From Anolis carolinensis (Eukaryota), in assembly GCF_035594765.1 (NCBI RefSeq), contig NC_085845.1, forward strand, positions 58,088,024-58,152,023: a stretch of DNA of 64,000 nucleotides. The letters are read 5' to 3'. Below the pieces are notes generated by a model that worked only from the letters and a program-made list of their open reading frames with translations, ran no database searches and was not told where the DNA came from. The translations under genes and the position numbers were made by a program. Shown piece after piece: positions 1 to 11,834 of this stretch (the stretch's first letter is position 1; each line of letters begins with the position of its first letter).

Positions 1-899
1 AATTTCTAGACTTATACATGACTATGCAGGCTATTCAATTTACAGTATTAATTTCAGAATTAGTCACTGGTAGTTCCCAGACACCCAAGAGTCTGGTTTT
101 TCAGTTCTCAATTCAAATCACCTCCCCACAGCCTCTATATTACTGGGAGTGTAAATCACCAAAGGTGTTTCTCTTCTAGTTAATTTATATCTCACCCTTT
201 TTTAGCTCTTCTAGCCACTTTAAACAGCATGAAAAAGAATGGGGAAGAATTAGAAGCTATACATGACAACAGATCATTGAGGAAGTGAAAGATTTGGATT
301 ATTGGCCTTACCATGTGTTGGACAATTTTAAAAACATTGCAATCAAAGCATTATACTTTCGTTGAGAAAAACCAAAAGAAGAGTCTGACCATTCTATGTC
401 CCATATAGCTTAAAACTTACTGATATTATCTTCATACATCCCCAAGGCCAAGATTAAGAGACAGGGAATAGAAGCTATGCTGAATGTTGCCTCTTCTCTG
501 TATTGAAGAATAGCTCCAAACAATTCCTTACGTAAGATAGAAAATGGAGTGATTTGGCAGTGTGCTTATAAGGAAATGTACATATTCAGGGGTAGCAAGT
601 AATAAAATTTGAGTTGGAAATACATTATTTCATGCATGAAATTAACTTGGTGATATGGTTGCTCAAACATCTTATTTTGCTAAATATCTATGGTTGGAAT
701 GATGTTGAAGACTCAGAACACTTTTTAATAATCAGAAACCAATCATTCACTGGTCTTGGTCAGTGGTTCTGTGCTAGCAGATAAATGACTGATTTATCAT
801 CCAGGTAACCTGGAAGACACTGGAGTGCAATATACAAATCAGCTACTGTTTTGTATGCCTGTGAGAATCTGGTAATACATGCAACACAAGTTAAGACAT

Positions 900-2017
900 A
901 TGAAAGTAGCAATAGTTACAAAATTAGCAAAAGTTTCACAGTGTTCTTACAGCCTTTACTTTAAAAACACAAGTGTTTCACTGACCACCACTATTGCTCA
1001 AACATCGTAAAATTGTCTCTTAGCCATGCAAATCACTTTGAAAAGGTAAAGAAACAAACATTTCTTGACATATTTGGACAGTGTGTGCAACTGTTGAAAT
1101 TCAGTTTTGGAATCCTGTAAGCTAATCATTCATACAATTTCTCACTTCTTGCAAGTGTTTTGTTACTAGCATCTTTTTAAATCTCATTTATATTCTGTGG
1201 TGCTGTGTGCCCAAAGAGCCAGCCAAATCTGCAAAGCTAGATCCTGACAGATATTCAAAACATTTGAACAAACAGAAGCTAGAGGAAGTTGATTTCCCCC
1301 TTTTTTATTTTCACTTTGAGAATGTTAAGATTTAAAATTAAGGTTTTAAGGTTGCACAGTTGCAATTCTGCCATTAAAAATGTTACCTTATCTGGGATAT
1401 TTAGACTTGCTATTGGCAGACAGTTTCTCATCCAAAACAAGAAAAACCCACAATGCCATTTTATCCCACTTTTCATGGTTCAATTTGACACCACTTCACC
1501 ATCAAAACAACCAACAATACCCTATGAAACAAACTCACATCACTGTCATATACAGTGGGAGAAAGCCATGTGCCAATCATTATGCCTTTGAATAAGGAGA
1601 TAATCCAGCTTCTCCTTACCTTATTTCATAAATTAATAATTTGTTAATCACAACCACTAAGATTTAACTATAATAACAGAATTCAAGTTTAGGAAACCAA
1701 GAATAAATTAATTGCAGCCTTGTAAACAATTGCTCCTTTGTGTTATACATTTTAAAAAACGATTCCTTTGTAGAACAAATCAGATATTACAAGGCACGCA
1801 TTATACTTAAAAATTCAAAATGATAAAAAAACAGCCAGAAAATATTTCATCACCTTTCTTTGCTGGCTGAATTGTGCTGTGGGATACTGGAAAACATAAA
1901 TATAAATTTGTTTATATTACAGTCAGTTAAAAAGTCTTCCATGGCTGCATACTCTCTCGTAAAATATTTGTGCTATTTTATAGTGCTGTGTGATTTGAAC
2001 GTCTGAAAAGCGTCTTC
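900..2017 (-). other. SH3RF1: SH3RF1 3'UTR (3' end uncertain)
   Basis: Repeat-free AU-rich sequence after the stop; AATAAA on the minus strand at 1309-1304, AGTAAA at 960-955, ATTAAA at 729-724; contains miRNA seed matches. Confidence 0.6.
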
Positions 2018-2186
2018 TCAGATACTCTCTACAAAGCTTCCAGGGAAAAGGCCAGTTTTTCCGTTCCGCTGCAATGTGCCTTTGAACCAGCCATCTTCAC
2101 GCTTTTTGTGTACGAAAACAATGTCTCCTTCTTTAAGTTCAAGCTCAGCTTCACTTTGAGGAGGATAGGATACCACAACTCTGTGT
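2018..2186 (-). CDS. SH3RF1: SH3RF1 terminal coding exon 12: SH3-4 and stop
   Basis: [55 protein letters not shown]; acceptor cag ending at 2187, TGA at 2020-2018. Confidence 0.97.
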
Positions 2187-2742
2187 CTGCAGAGTAAGAC
2201 AGATAGATATATTTAGTACAAAATATTATGAAAGCTGTTAATGATTGTTAAAAATGTGAGATAACTTCCACAGGAAGCTTGTTTTGAACTGCTTACAGCC
2301 TGAAGATAAATATATTTTCTGAACAAAAAGTATACATACAAGTTATCTTCTCAGAACTCTTACTGAGTAACTAAATGTTACAAGTAAGAAACCATTGTTA
2401 TTACAATTTTGTCCAACAGGAGAGAATAACAACATTTTATATTTGATATACATCAAGAGATTTCAATTTTTAAAATGCAAGAGTAGCACACATGACTAAA
2501 GATTGCAGAGGAATTCATCATAATATATATTATTATTATATGTTTACATTAAAATCACTGATTTCATTACAGCTGTAGACAAAAACAAGTCAGTCAACAG
2601 GAGTAGAACTACCAACTATAACATGGCACATTAAAATGTTAAGTTTTTACTTGCACCTATTATACTCATTCAAATTTAGGGAATTCAATACATTTCCATG
2701 TATTTGCAGATAATTGTCAATTCAGATGCTATTTCTCCCATA

Positions 2743-3015
2743 CAGGTTGCACATCCTTATCCAGAATTCCAGAATCCAAAATATTCCAACACCCAAAACT
2801 GCCCACATGGGTGATTGAGATAGTGTCACCTTTACTTTCTGATAGCTCAATGCACACAAACTTTGCTTTGCACAAAATTATTGAAAATATTGTATAAAAT
2901 TACTTTCAGGGTTTGTGTTGAAGAATATATGAAAAAATAAATGAATTCCGTGTTTAGATTTGGGTCCCATTTCCAAGATATCTCATTAGGTATGTATGTA
3001 CAAATACAGTATTTC
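2743..3015 (+). mobile_element. Tigger4/MER46-like Tc1-mariner (pogo) non-autonomous element, 3' truncated
   Basis: Starts TA|CAGGTTG..ATCCTTATCC; the body (gcacaaaattattgaaaatattgtataaaattac...gtgtttagatttgggtcccatttccaagatatctcatta) resembles the Tigger4 consensus as I recall it. Confidence 0.7.
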
Positions 3016-4100
3016 AGAAACCATTTGGGTTGAAAACTTAGATGCCTCTTCATATCCATAGGAAATACATATCCTGGCAATGAAGTCTGTGGATTCTGCA
3101 CTAATTAGGGTTTCACATGGTTATCATATAAAGTCTTGTTCATATAAAGTCTAAGGCCTAACAATGACACAGCTTCTTGTCTTTGCTCCTGTTCCCTGGT
3201 TTCTTTGGCAGGACTTGGATTAGATGAACCAGTGGTAGACACTGCAGTTTCCATTTTCCTCAATTTTCAACTGCAATCCAGGTGTGCATGTTCTGGGTCT
3301 TCATCAATACCAGCTTCTGCAATGGTTCCCAATCTGCTGCCTTCTTGGTCTTCAATATTTGGCTTTTTCTTTTTTACCATGAACTCAAAAACGTTCAGTT
3401 ACTCTGATAGACATTTAGGCATCTTCTGGAGTCAGGTGGATGAAAGGAAACACTAACAGCAACTAACAAGGCTTTATGTCTCAGATCAGCAATATAAGCT
3501 AGCAGACAATTGCACAGTAAGACAGCTTTATTTAGAATGACCCACAGCTGCTTTCATGCATTCCTTTTATACCTCAGTGGGAGGAGCAAGAAGGCAAACT
3601 TAATAGAGAACTTAGAAAGGTGGAAGAGGAAGAGATTGATGAGGTGTTGATTAGAATCAGAGATACAATATTTTGAAAGATTTCTTATACATATATCTTC
3701 ATTTTAAATTGGAATATCTAAGAAATCAAACTTTATGACCCACACATATTATTAAAGAAACCACAAAAATGCATTTAATCTGGTACCTAGTTATTAAAAT
3801 AGTTGGAAAAATTAAAGTATAAACTTTTAAAGCAAGCACAAATTATTATTCTGATGAGAAGATGACATAACCCACCTAAACTAACATCAAAATGTTGATT
3901 AAACATTCGTGACATCAAAACTTGGTCTCTTCTACTTGTTGGCTATTGCTGCTATTGTAATATAAATTGGCAGAAAGGTAGGTAATGATAGTGTAAATAA
4001 TTTTTCAAAATTAGGTTGACATAGTACTTGCAGTAACTGCCAGCGCCTCCCCCACCCCCCCACCCCCCCCCACCCCCCCCCCCCCCCGGCTACGGGCTTG
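3010..4100 (-). mobile_element. Decayed hAT transposon 5' part with a pseudogenic transposase N-terminus
   Basis: Terminus CAAGCCCGTAGCCGGGGG at 4100; the minus frame 3422-3010 reads MPKCLSE*LNVFEFMVKKKKP...LVQNPQTSLPGYVFPMDMKRHLSFQPKWF (lead-in to a TTF-type Zn finger of hAT transposases); paralogous to 59790-60430. Confidence 0.65.
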
Positions 4101-5386
4101 AGCCAGAGCCTGAAAAAGTTACTTTTCGGACTACATTTCCTAAGATCTCCTGCTAACATTTCTACTTATTTCTACTTTTATGTAGCAAAAAAGTTTGTCC
4201 TTGAACATAATCCAAGCAAAAAATGTGAAATTGGAATGAGGCTGTAGGATGTGAACAGACATATAGGACACTAGTTATTGTAAAGTAAACGGTTACATAT
4301 ACATAGCTGTATGAGAAATGAGTGCTTCTTTTAAATAAACACACACATTCAAATAATAGGTTTAATTCAAAGATCCCCAGTTTAAACATACTGCCATTTT
4401 ATATAAAAAGTACCTCTAAAACTAAAAACCAGTGGCAAACATGTGGATTTGAATGTCAGAGTTACTTCTGAAGCCAGGTGACAATAGGTATTAAGATAAA
4501 TGAAAGAAGGATCATAGTTCATGACATATAAAATCTACCTGCTTTCTCATTCTAATAAATACATTTTGCAGATTTTGTCCTGTTTTGAAAAGGATCAAGC
4601 AAAGGATGAGGAAACAAGTGATATTAAAAGATTATTTTTTGTGATTCCAGACAGCCAGTGCAAGTCTGGCCTCTGGCCCTCTGGCCAACAACACTGGCAG
4701 TCAGATTTGGCATAAAGTCACTTCCTGTGTTTCTGAAGCTGAAATGCCATGCCATGCAGGATATACTTTTAAGTACATTTGCACAGGATTGCACTGTTCA
4801 GTAGCATTTGCTCATTAATAAGACTACAATTTGACTTTAATCTAAGATTTAATAATGATCAGCTTTCAAAAATAAAGAGTCCCCTCGAATATTGCATATA
4901 TTTTGATATGCTGATGCAATATATCACATTTACTGGGGACCTGAATCCTGCTTCAAAATTCGGACATTCTTCTGAGTTAGTTTAGCTCAAGGCAAGCTTG
5001 TGTTAAGTGTCTTTCCCATGAGTTAATTCAGATCAGTCCTGGGCAGCACTTAGCCACCACTAGGCTGATTACATCACACAATGAGCTAAGGGGTCAGTGT
5101 AGACAGGGCCTATGTCTAGATCCAGCCCAATAAATCAAATCGAATTTTCCTTCAGATTTGAAATATTTTAAAGTATTAATATGTCAAAAGCAAATATTAT
5201 GTGTCATTAAAATATAGAACAGACTGTATAAATTAATCTACATAAACAGTACTCCATGAGAAAACTCAGGTCCTACAAACTGGGAAACTGCCATGTGACA
5301 AAACTGCAATCAGGGAAAATGCTACTTTATGAAGAAATGGAAATAAGGCTAAGAGCTCAAATGTCTGTCTAGACTCTTTTCAAGTA

Positions 5387-5709
5387 CAGTAGAGTCTCAC
5401 TTATCCAACATAAACGGGCCGGCAGAATGTTGGATAAGCGAATATGTTGGATAATAAGGAGATATTAAGGAGAAGCCTATTAAACATCAAATTAGGTTAT
5501 GATTTTACAAATTAAGCACCAAAACATCATGTTGTACAACAAATTTGACAGAAAAAGTAGTTCAATATGCAGTAATGCTATGTAGTAATTACTGTATTTA
5601 CGAATTTAGCACCAAAATATCACTATGTATTGAAAACATTGACTACAAAAATGCGTTGGATAATCCAGAACGTTGGATAAGCGAGTGTTGGATAAGTGAG
5701 ACTCTACTG
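5387..5709 (+). mobile_element. Tc1/mariner-type MITE, family A copy 1
   Basis: TIRs CAGTAGAGTCTCACTTATCCAAC / GTTGGATAAGTGAGACTCTACTG with TA target duplication. Confidence 0.92.
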
Positions 5710-6322
5710 TACTAAAAATACGTAGTTACAGCTATAACAACAGCAACAACATATTTCTGCATAAACCCACTTCTGTTAAAATATAGTATTTTGCACTATA
5801 AAATATTACGCCGTATACCAAGATTTAATATAGGAAAGAGCCCTATTCAATTATATCAAAAAGTACCTGTGTGCATGTGCATATGTATGCAAGTGTGTGA
5901 ACTGTTCCAAGAAATAGTTACTGAAAGACAATGTACAAATTCTGAAATTAATAAATATATAATAAAAGCAAACATTTCCAACAGCTGTAATTGTGGGCAG
6001 CTGTCTTTAGATTCTTGGTTGGCTCTGCCTTTTGCATTATTCCTCCAACCATGGGAATTATTTTGGCATGGAAAAAAGCTATGTTTCAGTGACAAGAGAA
6101 CGAATGGACATCTGGAATGTAGCCAGTGTCTCAAGTGGTGAAAGATGTCACTTTAGACATAACTTTAAAATCCACACCAAAGTTTGTTCTACATAACAGG
6201 AAATCACAATTCCGTTATCATTTTTAATAATGAGCATTTCCAGATATGAGCAAATGGAATATGTATACGTAAATGATAATTAAGCAAAACATCACACTTT
6301 TAGTTACAGCAAAACAACGCAC

Positions 6323-6657
6323 CGCTCACAGATCACAGGTCTAGATTCATTAAGGACTGGAGCCAATGAAGAGCAGGGCTGGCGTGGGGGTGGAGCAATT
6401 GGGATATTTGACTCCAGAGTACTTCCTTTCCGATGGCTATTCTCCTGCACTGTTGTTGATGCTTCGTTGTCCATGGGACAGGATTCAGCTCTTCCATTAT
6501 TGGAATTTGATGAAATCTCTGGGCCCACAGCACCTTGTAAGACAACCTCTGCAGCTGCCTGCTCAACCTCCAGAGTCGGTGATGATGGTGGAGATACTCG
6601 AGGTCTACGCTTGGTAGATGCTCCTGAAAGTAACTTCAGCAAGCCCTTTTTTTCTTT
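6323..6657 (-). CDS. SH3RF1: SH3RF1 exon 11
   Basis: [30 protein letters not shown]...[25 protein letters not shown](R); 335 nt, phase 0-2. Confidence 0.96.
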
Positions 6658-7248
6658 CTGGAAAAAAAATGAGTACTGTTTTGAAACAAAAATACTACAT
6701 AAAATCCCTAGATTGCTCTGTTTTGAACAGATCAGGCCCTGCTGCTCTCACCAGACTAATTATGGATTTTTTTAAAACTATGGCTGATTATTATTACTTT
6801 TATTTCTATCCCTCTTTATGTTTCTTAAAAAGAGACCCAAAGCGGCTAACAATAAAAGCAAAACAATGTATATTTTAAAACCTTAAAAATAAACAACTAT
6901 CCTAATTCAAAAGTAGGTTTTGGCCACTACATTAGCATAGAAAGTTTTTCCAGGTTTCTAAGTATATAACATGATCTATTTAGCTACAATCTATGCAACA
7001 GAGCTGATAGGCAAATGTGTCTATTACCTTCTTCCAGAAATGTGTTTGTATGCCTTCATAATTTAAACAGAATACCATTTTACTTTTGATGTTAACATGT
7101 ACTACTGATTCAACCCTGTTGCCCAAACACCTAGAGTACATTAATTTCATATTTGATTATACCATTAAATATATAGACCACAAAATGTAAAATAAGCAAT
7201 TGATCTGGAAATCTACAACAAAATTAAGAAGCCAAATTCCATGCCCAC

Positions 7249-7604
7249 CTTCCCATCTCTGTCAGGTTTACTGAGAATAGTAACCCCTGAAGCTACTAGA
7301 GTATTCTCAGGGGAAGATGGAGCTCCAGTGTGAACTGTCACAATCCTTCCATTTGTATCTCCATCCAGAGATGCAGAAGTGCCAGGAGAGTTTAATGAGG
7401 ATGATGCACAAGCCAGTGGGACATTGGCCCGATTGATATTCACAGCTGTGATATAAGCAGCAGCATTTGAAATTTGAGGTTGCAGTTGTTGAGGGACAAC
7501 AGAATGGTGTGGAATAATTACAGCAGCAGGAATAAGGCATGCTGAATTTTGGGCCTGAATTGGTGTCACGGTGGCTGTAGGTCTTTCTTGGTTGTGTATT
7601 GCAA
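7249..7604 (-). CDS. SH3RF1: SH3RF1 exon 10
   Basis: (V)AIHNQERPTATVTPIQAQ...VPLACASSSL...KPDRDGK; 356 nt, phase 1-0. Confidence 0.94.
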
Positions 7605-7704
7605 CTGGAATGAGAGGGAGAAGTGCATTTCAAAAGAACGAAAAAGAACACACACCATCAAATCATGATAAAATGTGTAATTCAAAACATCTGTAATTTT
7701 GAAA

Positions 7705-7881
7705 TTTTATTTATTTATTTACAGGGGGCTCACATTGCACATATAAGACAAACATTCAATGCCATAACATAGAACAGAGACAGAGACAGACGCAGGCACG
7801 GGCTGGCCTCGAACTCATGACCTCTTGGTCAGAGTGATTTGTTGCAGCTGGCTGCTAACCAGCCTGCGCCACAGCCCGGCC
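7705..7881 (-). mobile_element. tRNA-derived SINE (Anolis SINE2-like)
   Basis: Minus strand GGCCGGGCTGTGGCGCAGGCTGG (A box)...GAGTTCGAGGCC (B box), ending in a (TAAA)n tail. Confidence 0.8.
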
Positions 7882-8334
7882 TATAATTTTATATTCATCG
7901 CATTTATTATCTTGCCTCATCCTTACTCTTTCTTTGAAGTGACATGTAGCTTATCTGGAAATAGCCTACCTTATCCTCAATATGAATATGAATGATTTCA
8001 AAAAGCTTTTGGTGATTGCTTTTGTTACAACCTATAATTGTATAGTTCAATAAACTGCTACGTGGGTTTGTTCCATCCATATCCTAACAATTTTTTAAAA
8101 ATAATAATAACAAATCCATTTTTATTACATGGCATGTGGGTGGCCCAATTCAGACACTGAATCAGCCTCCCAATCGAGGATTCCAATATATATTACAACA
8201 CACTGGATGTCCTCCTGTACCTATCTCTAAATCAATTTCTAGAACTGACATGAGAACCAACAAATAAGCACATTCTGAAGATATTCATTCTGACCATATT
8301 TTCACCTAAGCCAAATAAAAAAGAATTTTTTTAC

Positions 8335-8594
8335 CTGTTCTAACTGCATTGCGAGCCTGGTTGACTGTCATTTGGCCAGTCATATGCATAAGAACCTTGG
8401 TCTGTGGACTTGTTTGTATATGAGCTGCAGAAACTACAGCAGTGGGTACTGCACTGGAATTCATTGTTACACCATTTCCCTGAAGTTTCTGCAATGTTCC
8501 TCCAGCAGTGGAAGTACTGACCATGGTCACCACCCGCCCTGATTGGCCAGCAGTAGATACAGGAACCTTTGTTTGGGAGCCACTCGTCACTGCC
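8335..8594 (-). CDS. SH3RF1: SH3RF1 exon 9
   Basis: [17 protein letters not shown]...[31 protein letters not shown]; 260 nt, phase 2-1. Confidence 0.96.
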
Positions 8595-8829
8595 CTGTAA
8601 AAAACGTAATGGGAAGTTTAACTGCATGTGTCCTTGTGAAACTATTAGCTTCTTAGGGATAAAACTGAAAACAATCTGTGAGAAAACAAATCTGCTTGCA
8701 TTTTTTGTGGCAGGAGGATTCCAGCCTTGAACTACACCTTATTAAATAAGCCATGCCACATTTTTTCCTCCCCCAACAAACTATTCCCATCATACAAAAA
8801 AAAAATCAGAAGAAGTTGCTTTAGCATAC

Positions 8830-9000
8830 CTAGTAACTGGTGCCACATAATTGCCAGGAAACACACCAATTTTGCTTGTATGCATGGAAGTTCCTTTAAA
8901 CCAGCCATCCTGACAACGTTCAAACACCAAAAACATCTCGCCTTTTCTCAGTTCCAGTTCATCTTCTTTTCTAGGAACATACGGATAAATAGCAATATAC
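8830..9000 (-). CDS. SH3RF1: SH3RF1 exon 8: SH3-3
   Basis: [56 protein letters not shown]; 171 nt, phase 2-2. Confidence 0.97.
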
Positions 9001-9989
9001 CTGAAAAAGAAAAACATTCACACAGGTCTATAGGCTAAATAACAGGAAGGTAAGAAACCTCTTTGGAGCCACTTATTATCTACTGTCTCAAAGAGTACAA
9101 ATCATAGGTTCACTTGCATGGTGGTTACTGCCCCAAAATAGAACCACAGTTTTCATTCAAAGTGGGAAGTTCCTTATATAGTCACAATAATTTTGGCTAC
9201 TAAAATGACTGCTAAGAAACCACTAAAGGGGTTAAGTTTCATGCCTATCAATATACTTCTTGAATAGTACCTATAATGTGAATACAATTGAAGATTATAA
9301 TCCCAATAGTTGTAATATCCTTTTCATGATTTAATCTGCCTTCAGTCATTTGTGTTATCTTCTTAAAGGCCTATCTTAAAACGACTTGTCCACTGAATGT
9401 TTCAAAACAGAAATGTCGGTAAGCTCTTGCTCTTCTTATTTGACTAAGCATAGAATCCCCAATAAACAGAACAAAACACAAACGTGCCCTCCCCTTTCTA
9501 TCTCTTAAGAAATACTGTGAGTAAAATCCAATTGACTGCTTGCGCAGCTGGAACAATCAATGGCATTAGCCCACAATTTTCCTCTGTTTATTTCACTTTG
9601 GAATTTGCCATCACTTGTAACACGCAGTTATAGTCTATCAACTTCACATTTTAGATAGTTTTTTTCATGTATGAGAAACATATTAATAGTTCATAGGATT
9701 AGTGCTTCCATATCTGTCAGGAAGCAGCTTACAGTGACCTATTACACATTAAAACTGTAAAATACTGTCCTAAATCTAACACATGGTAAAAAAGAGAAAA
9801 TGTATCCAACCATATTTTTTTGCTTTTCTTTCCTTGCTAGGCTAGATGGACCAAGCATTTTTCAACCAGATAGTAAGTCAAATATGTTTTAGTCTAGTCC
9901 ATAAATTCCACAATTCTTGTTCCTTTAGACAATTCTGGATTTCTATACCATTAGAAATTAAACCACCAATACATTTCTATTTCACTTAC

Positions 9990-10150
9990 ACACTTGGTCT
10001 TGTCTGTGGTCTCAAATGTGTTATTTGCTCAGTGGATACTGGTGCAGACTTTTGAGCCATGCTTGAAGGAAGCCCAGTAGGAGCTGGGGCAATTATTGTA
10101 GCAGACAACAGAGGTGGGGGCGGTGGTGGAAGCAGAGGGGGATTCATATT
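9990..10150 (-). CDS. SH3RF1: SH3RF1 exon 7 (Pro-rich linker)
   Basis: [18 protein letters not shown]...HLRPQTRPS(V); 161 nt, phase 0-2, donor gtaagt. Confidence 0.93.
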
Positions 10151-11834
10151 CTAAAAATAAAATAATGGTTTGTTTTTTTAAAAAAAGATGTGACATTCTA
10201 GCACTAGTATTAGCAGCAAACTGTATGCACAAACAGGTACATAGCTCTACTAACATTCTAAAACGGATGCAGATTTGATAATAAACCTATCTTGCCATCT
10301 CTTGATACAACAGAAGCTGACAAACATCAGCGTTTCTTTTTCCGAAAACAATTTTTATGGACCAAATAAACTAAAACAGCAACTTTGAAATGTGACCATT
10401 TGAATGCAAACTCTTGGCAAACATTCAAAATGTTTTCAAAGGATTTGAATTGGTTTAAATTGACTACAATTTATGGTTGCTCTTGAAAAATAAAAGCTGA
10501 AACACAGTAAGAAGAAAATTTCAATACAATCCACCCAAGCTATTCACTGAAGAATAAAATCCCCCTTGATACCTCAGTTACAAAAGCCAAGTACAAAGCA
10601 AAACATGGTTTCTATTCTGTTGCAACTAGTTTTTATAAGTCTATTTTGAATGCTAGCCTTTGAAATCCATATTTATTAACAGTGATAATTTTTAACAAGA
10701 TGAACATTGGAAAGTCAGTTATTTTAAGGGGAAGGCTCTAATGGGGCTCTACTTTCCCCTCAGATTTCTGTTTCTTTCATAAGAACACCATCCAATGAAA
10801 TATTTGAAAACTTAAATTTAGATCAGGGCTTACAACTGGGGGTGTCTTGGTTTTCTTGAAGAACACACACAAAGTTGTGTGGCAAACAGTTTTCTAAATG
10901 GAGGGACATTTGAAATCTAACTGATAGCATGATACAGAAATCAGCAAGATATAGATTTAGGAAATAGAAGAGGAGGAGAATGAGGAAAAGGAGAGTGAAA
11001 GAAGAAAGAGGTGCCCATTAAAATTTCAGCTGGGCAAACACAGTCCTGTGAACAAACTATAGTATTCCATTGTATGCCAGCCTATTATTCCTAAATTAAC
11101 CAAAATATATACAATCAAGGTGAGAAATGTGTCATTAAACAAGACTACACATTTCTCTTTTTGGTTTCACACACTATTTCCTGCACAGTAAATACTATTG
11201 TGATAAACTGTTTAGTAAAATGCTGAAATGTATACTGGTAGGAGTATGAAATCTAGTAGATGACTGGAATAACATATATTGCTCTAGACTAAGTCTCTTG
11301 CAGGTCTCTCATTCATAGAGTCATGATAAGTCAAAGCTGACTTCATGGCATGTAACAACAATAAAGAGATGCAATAAGAATTTATGTTTAACAAAAAAGA
11401 AAAAAACTCATGTACTTTATTTGATAACAAATATTCCTACATTCAATGGTTTGAAATTGCTTTTCCTTTGGGTTCCATGTCCTTTATTCAAAATGTAGTT
11501 AAGAAATTCTTTTATCCATTTAATTATTAGAACATTTTCAATTTCGCATTTCAAAATATAGTCACAAAAACTATATTTTCATGTCCATAGTCCCAAAATG
11601 TTCATTTAATGAATCAGTCTTTTTTAATGTGAGCCAAATTACAGAAGTTAGCGACAACAGTATGATGACACAAGTCCACATGTTTACTTCAAAGTACTCT
11701 GTTTCCATTACAGACAGTACCCAAATTAGAAACATCCAACTTACTAACAACTCATATTTAAGAACAGGGGTGAGATGACAGGAAGTGAGAGAAATCTACC
11801 CCTAGGAAGGGAAATCCACTCCTGAAAGAGTTAT

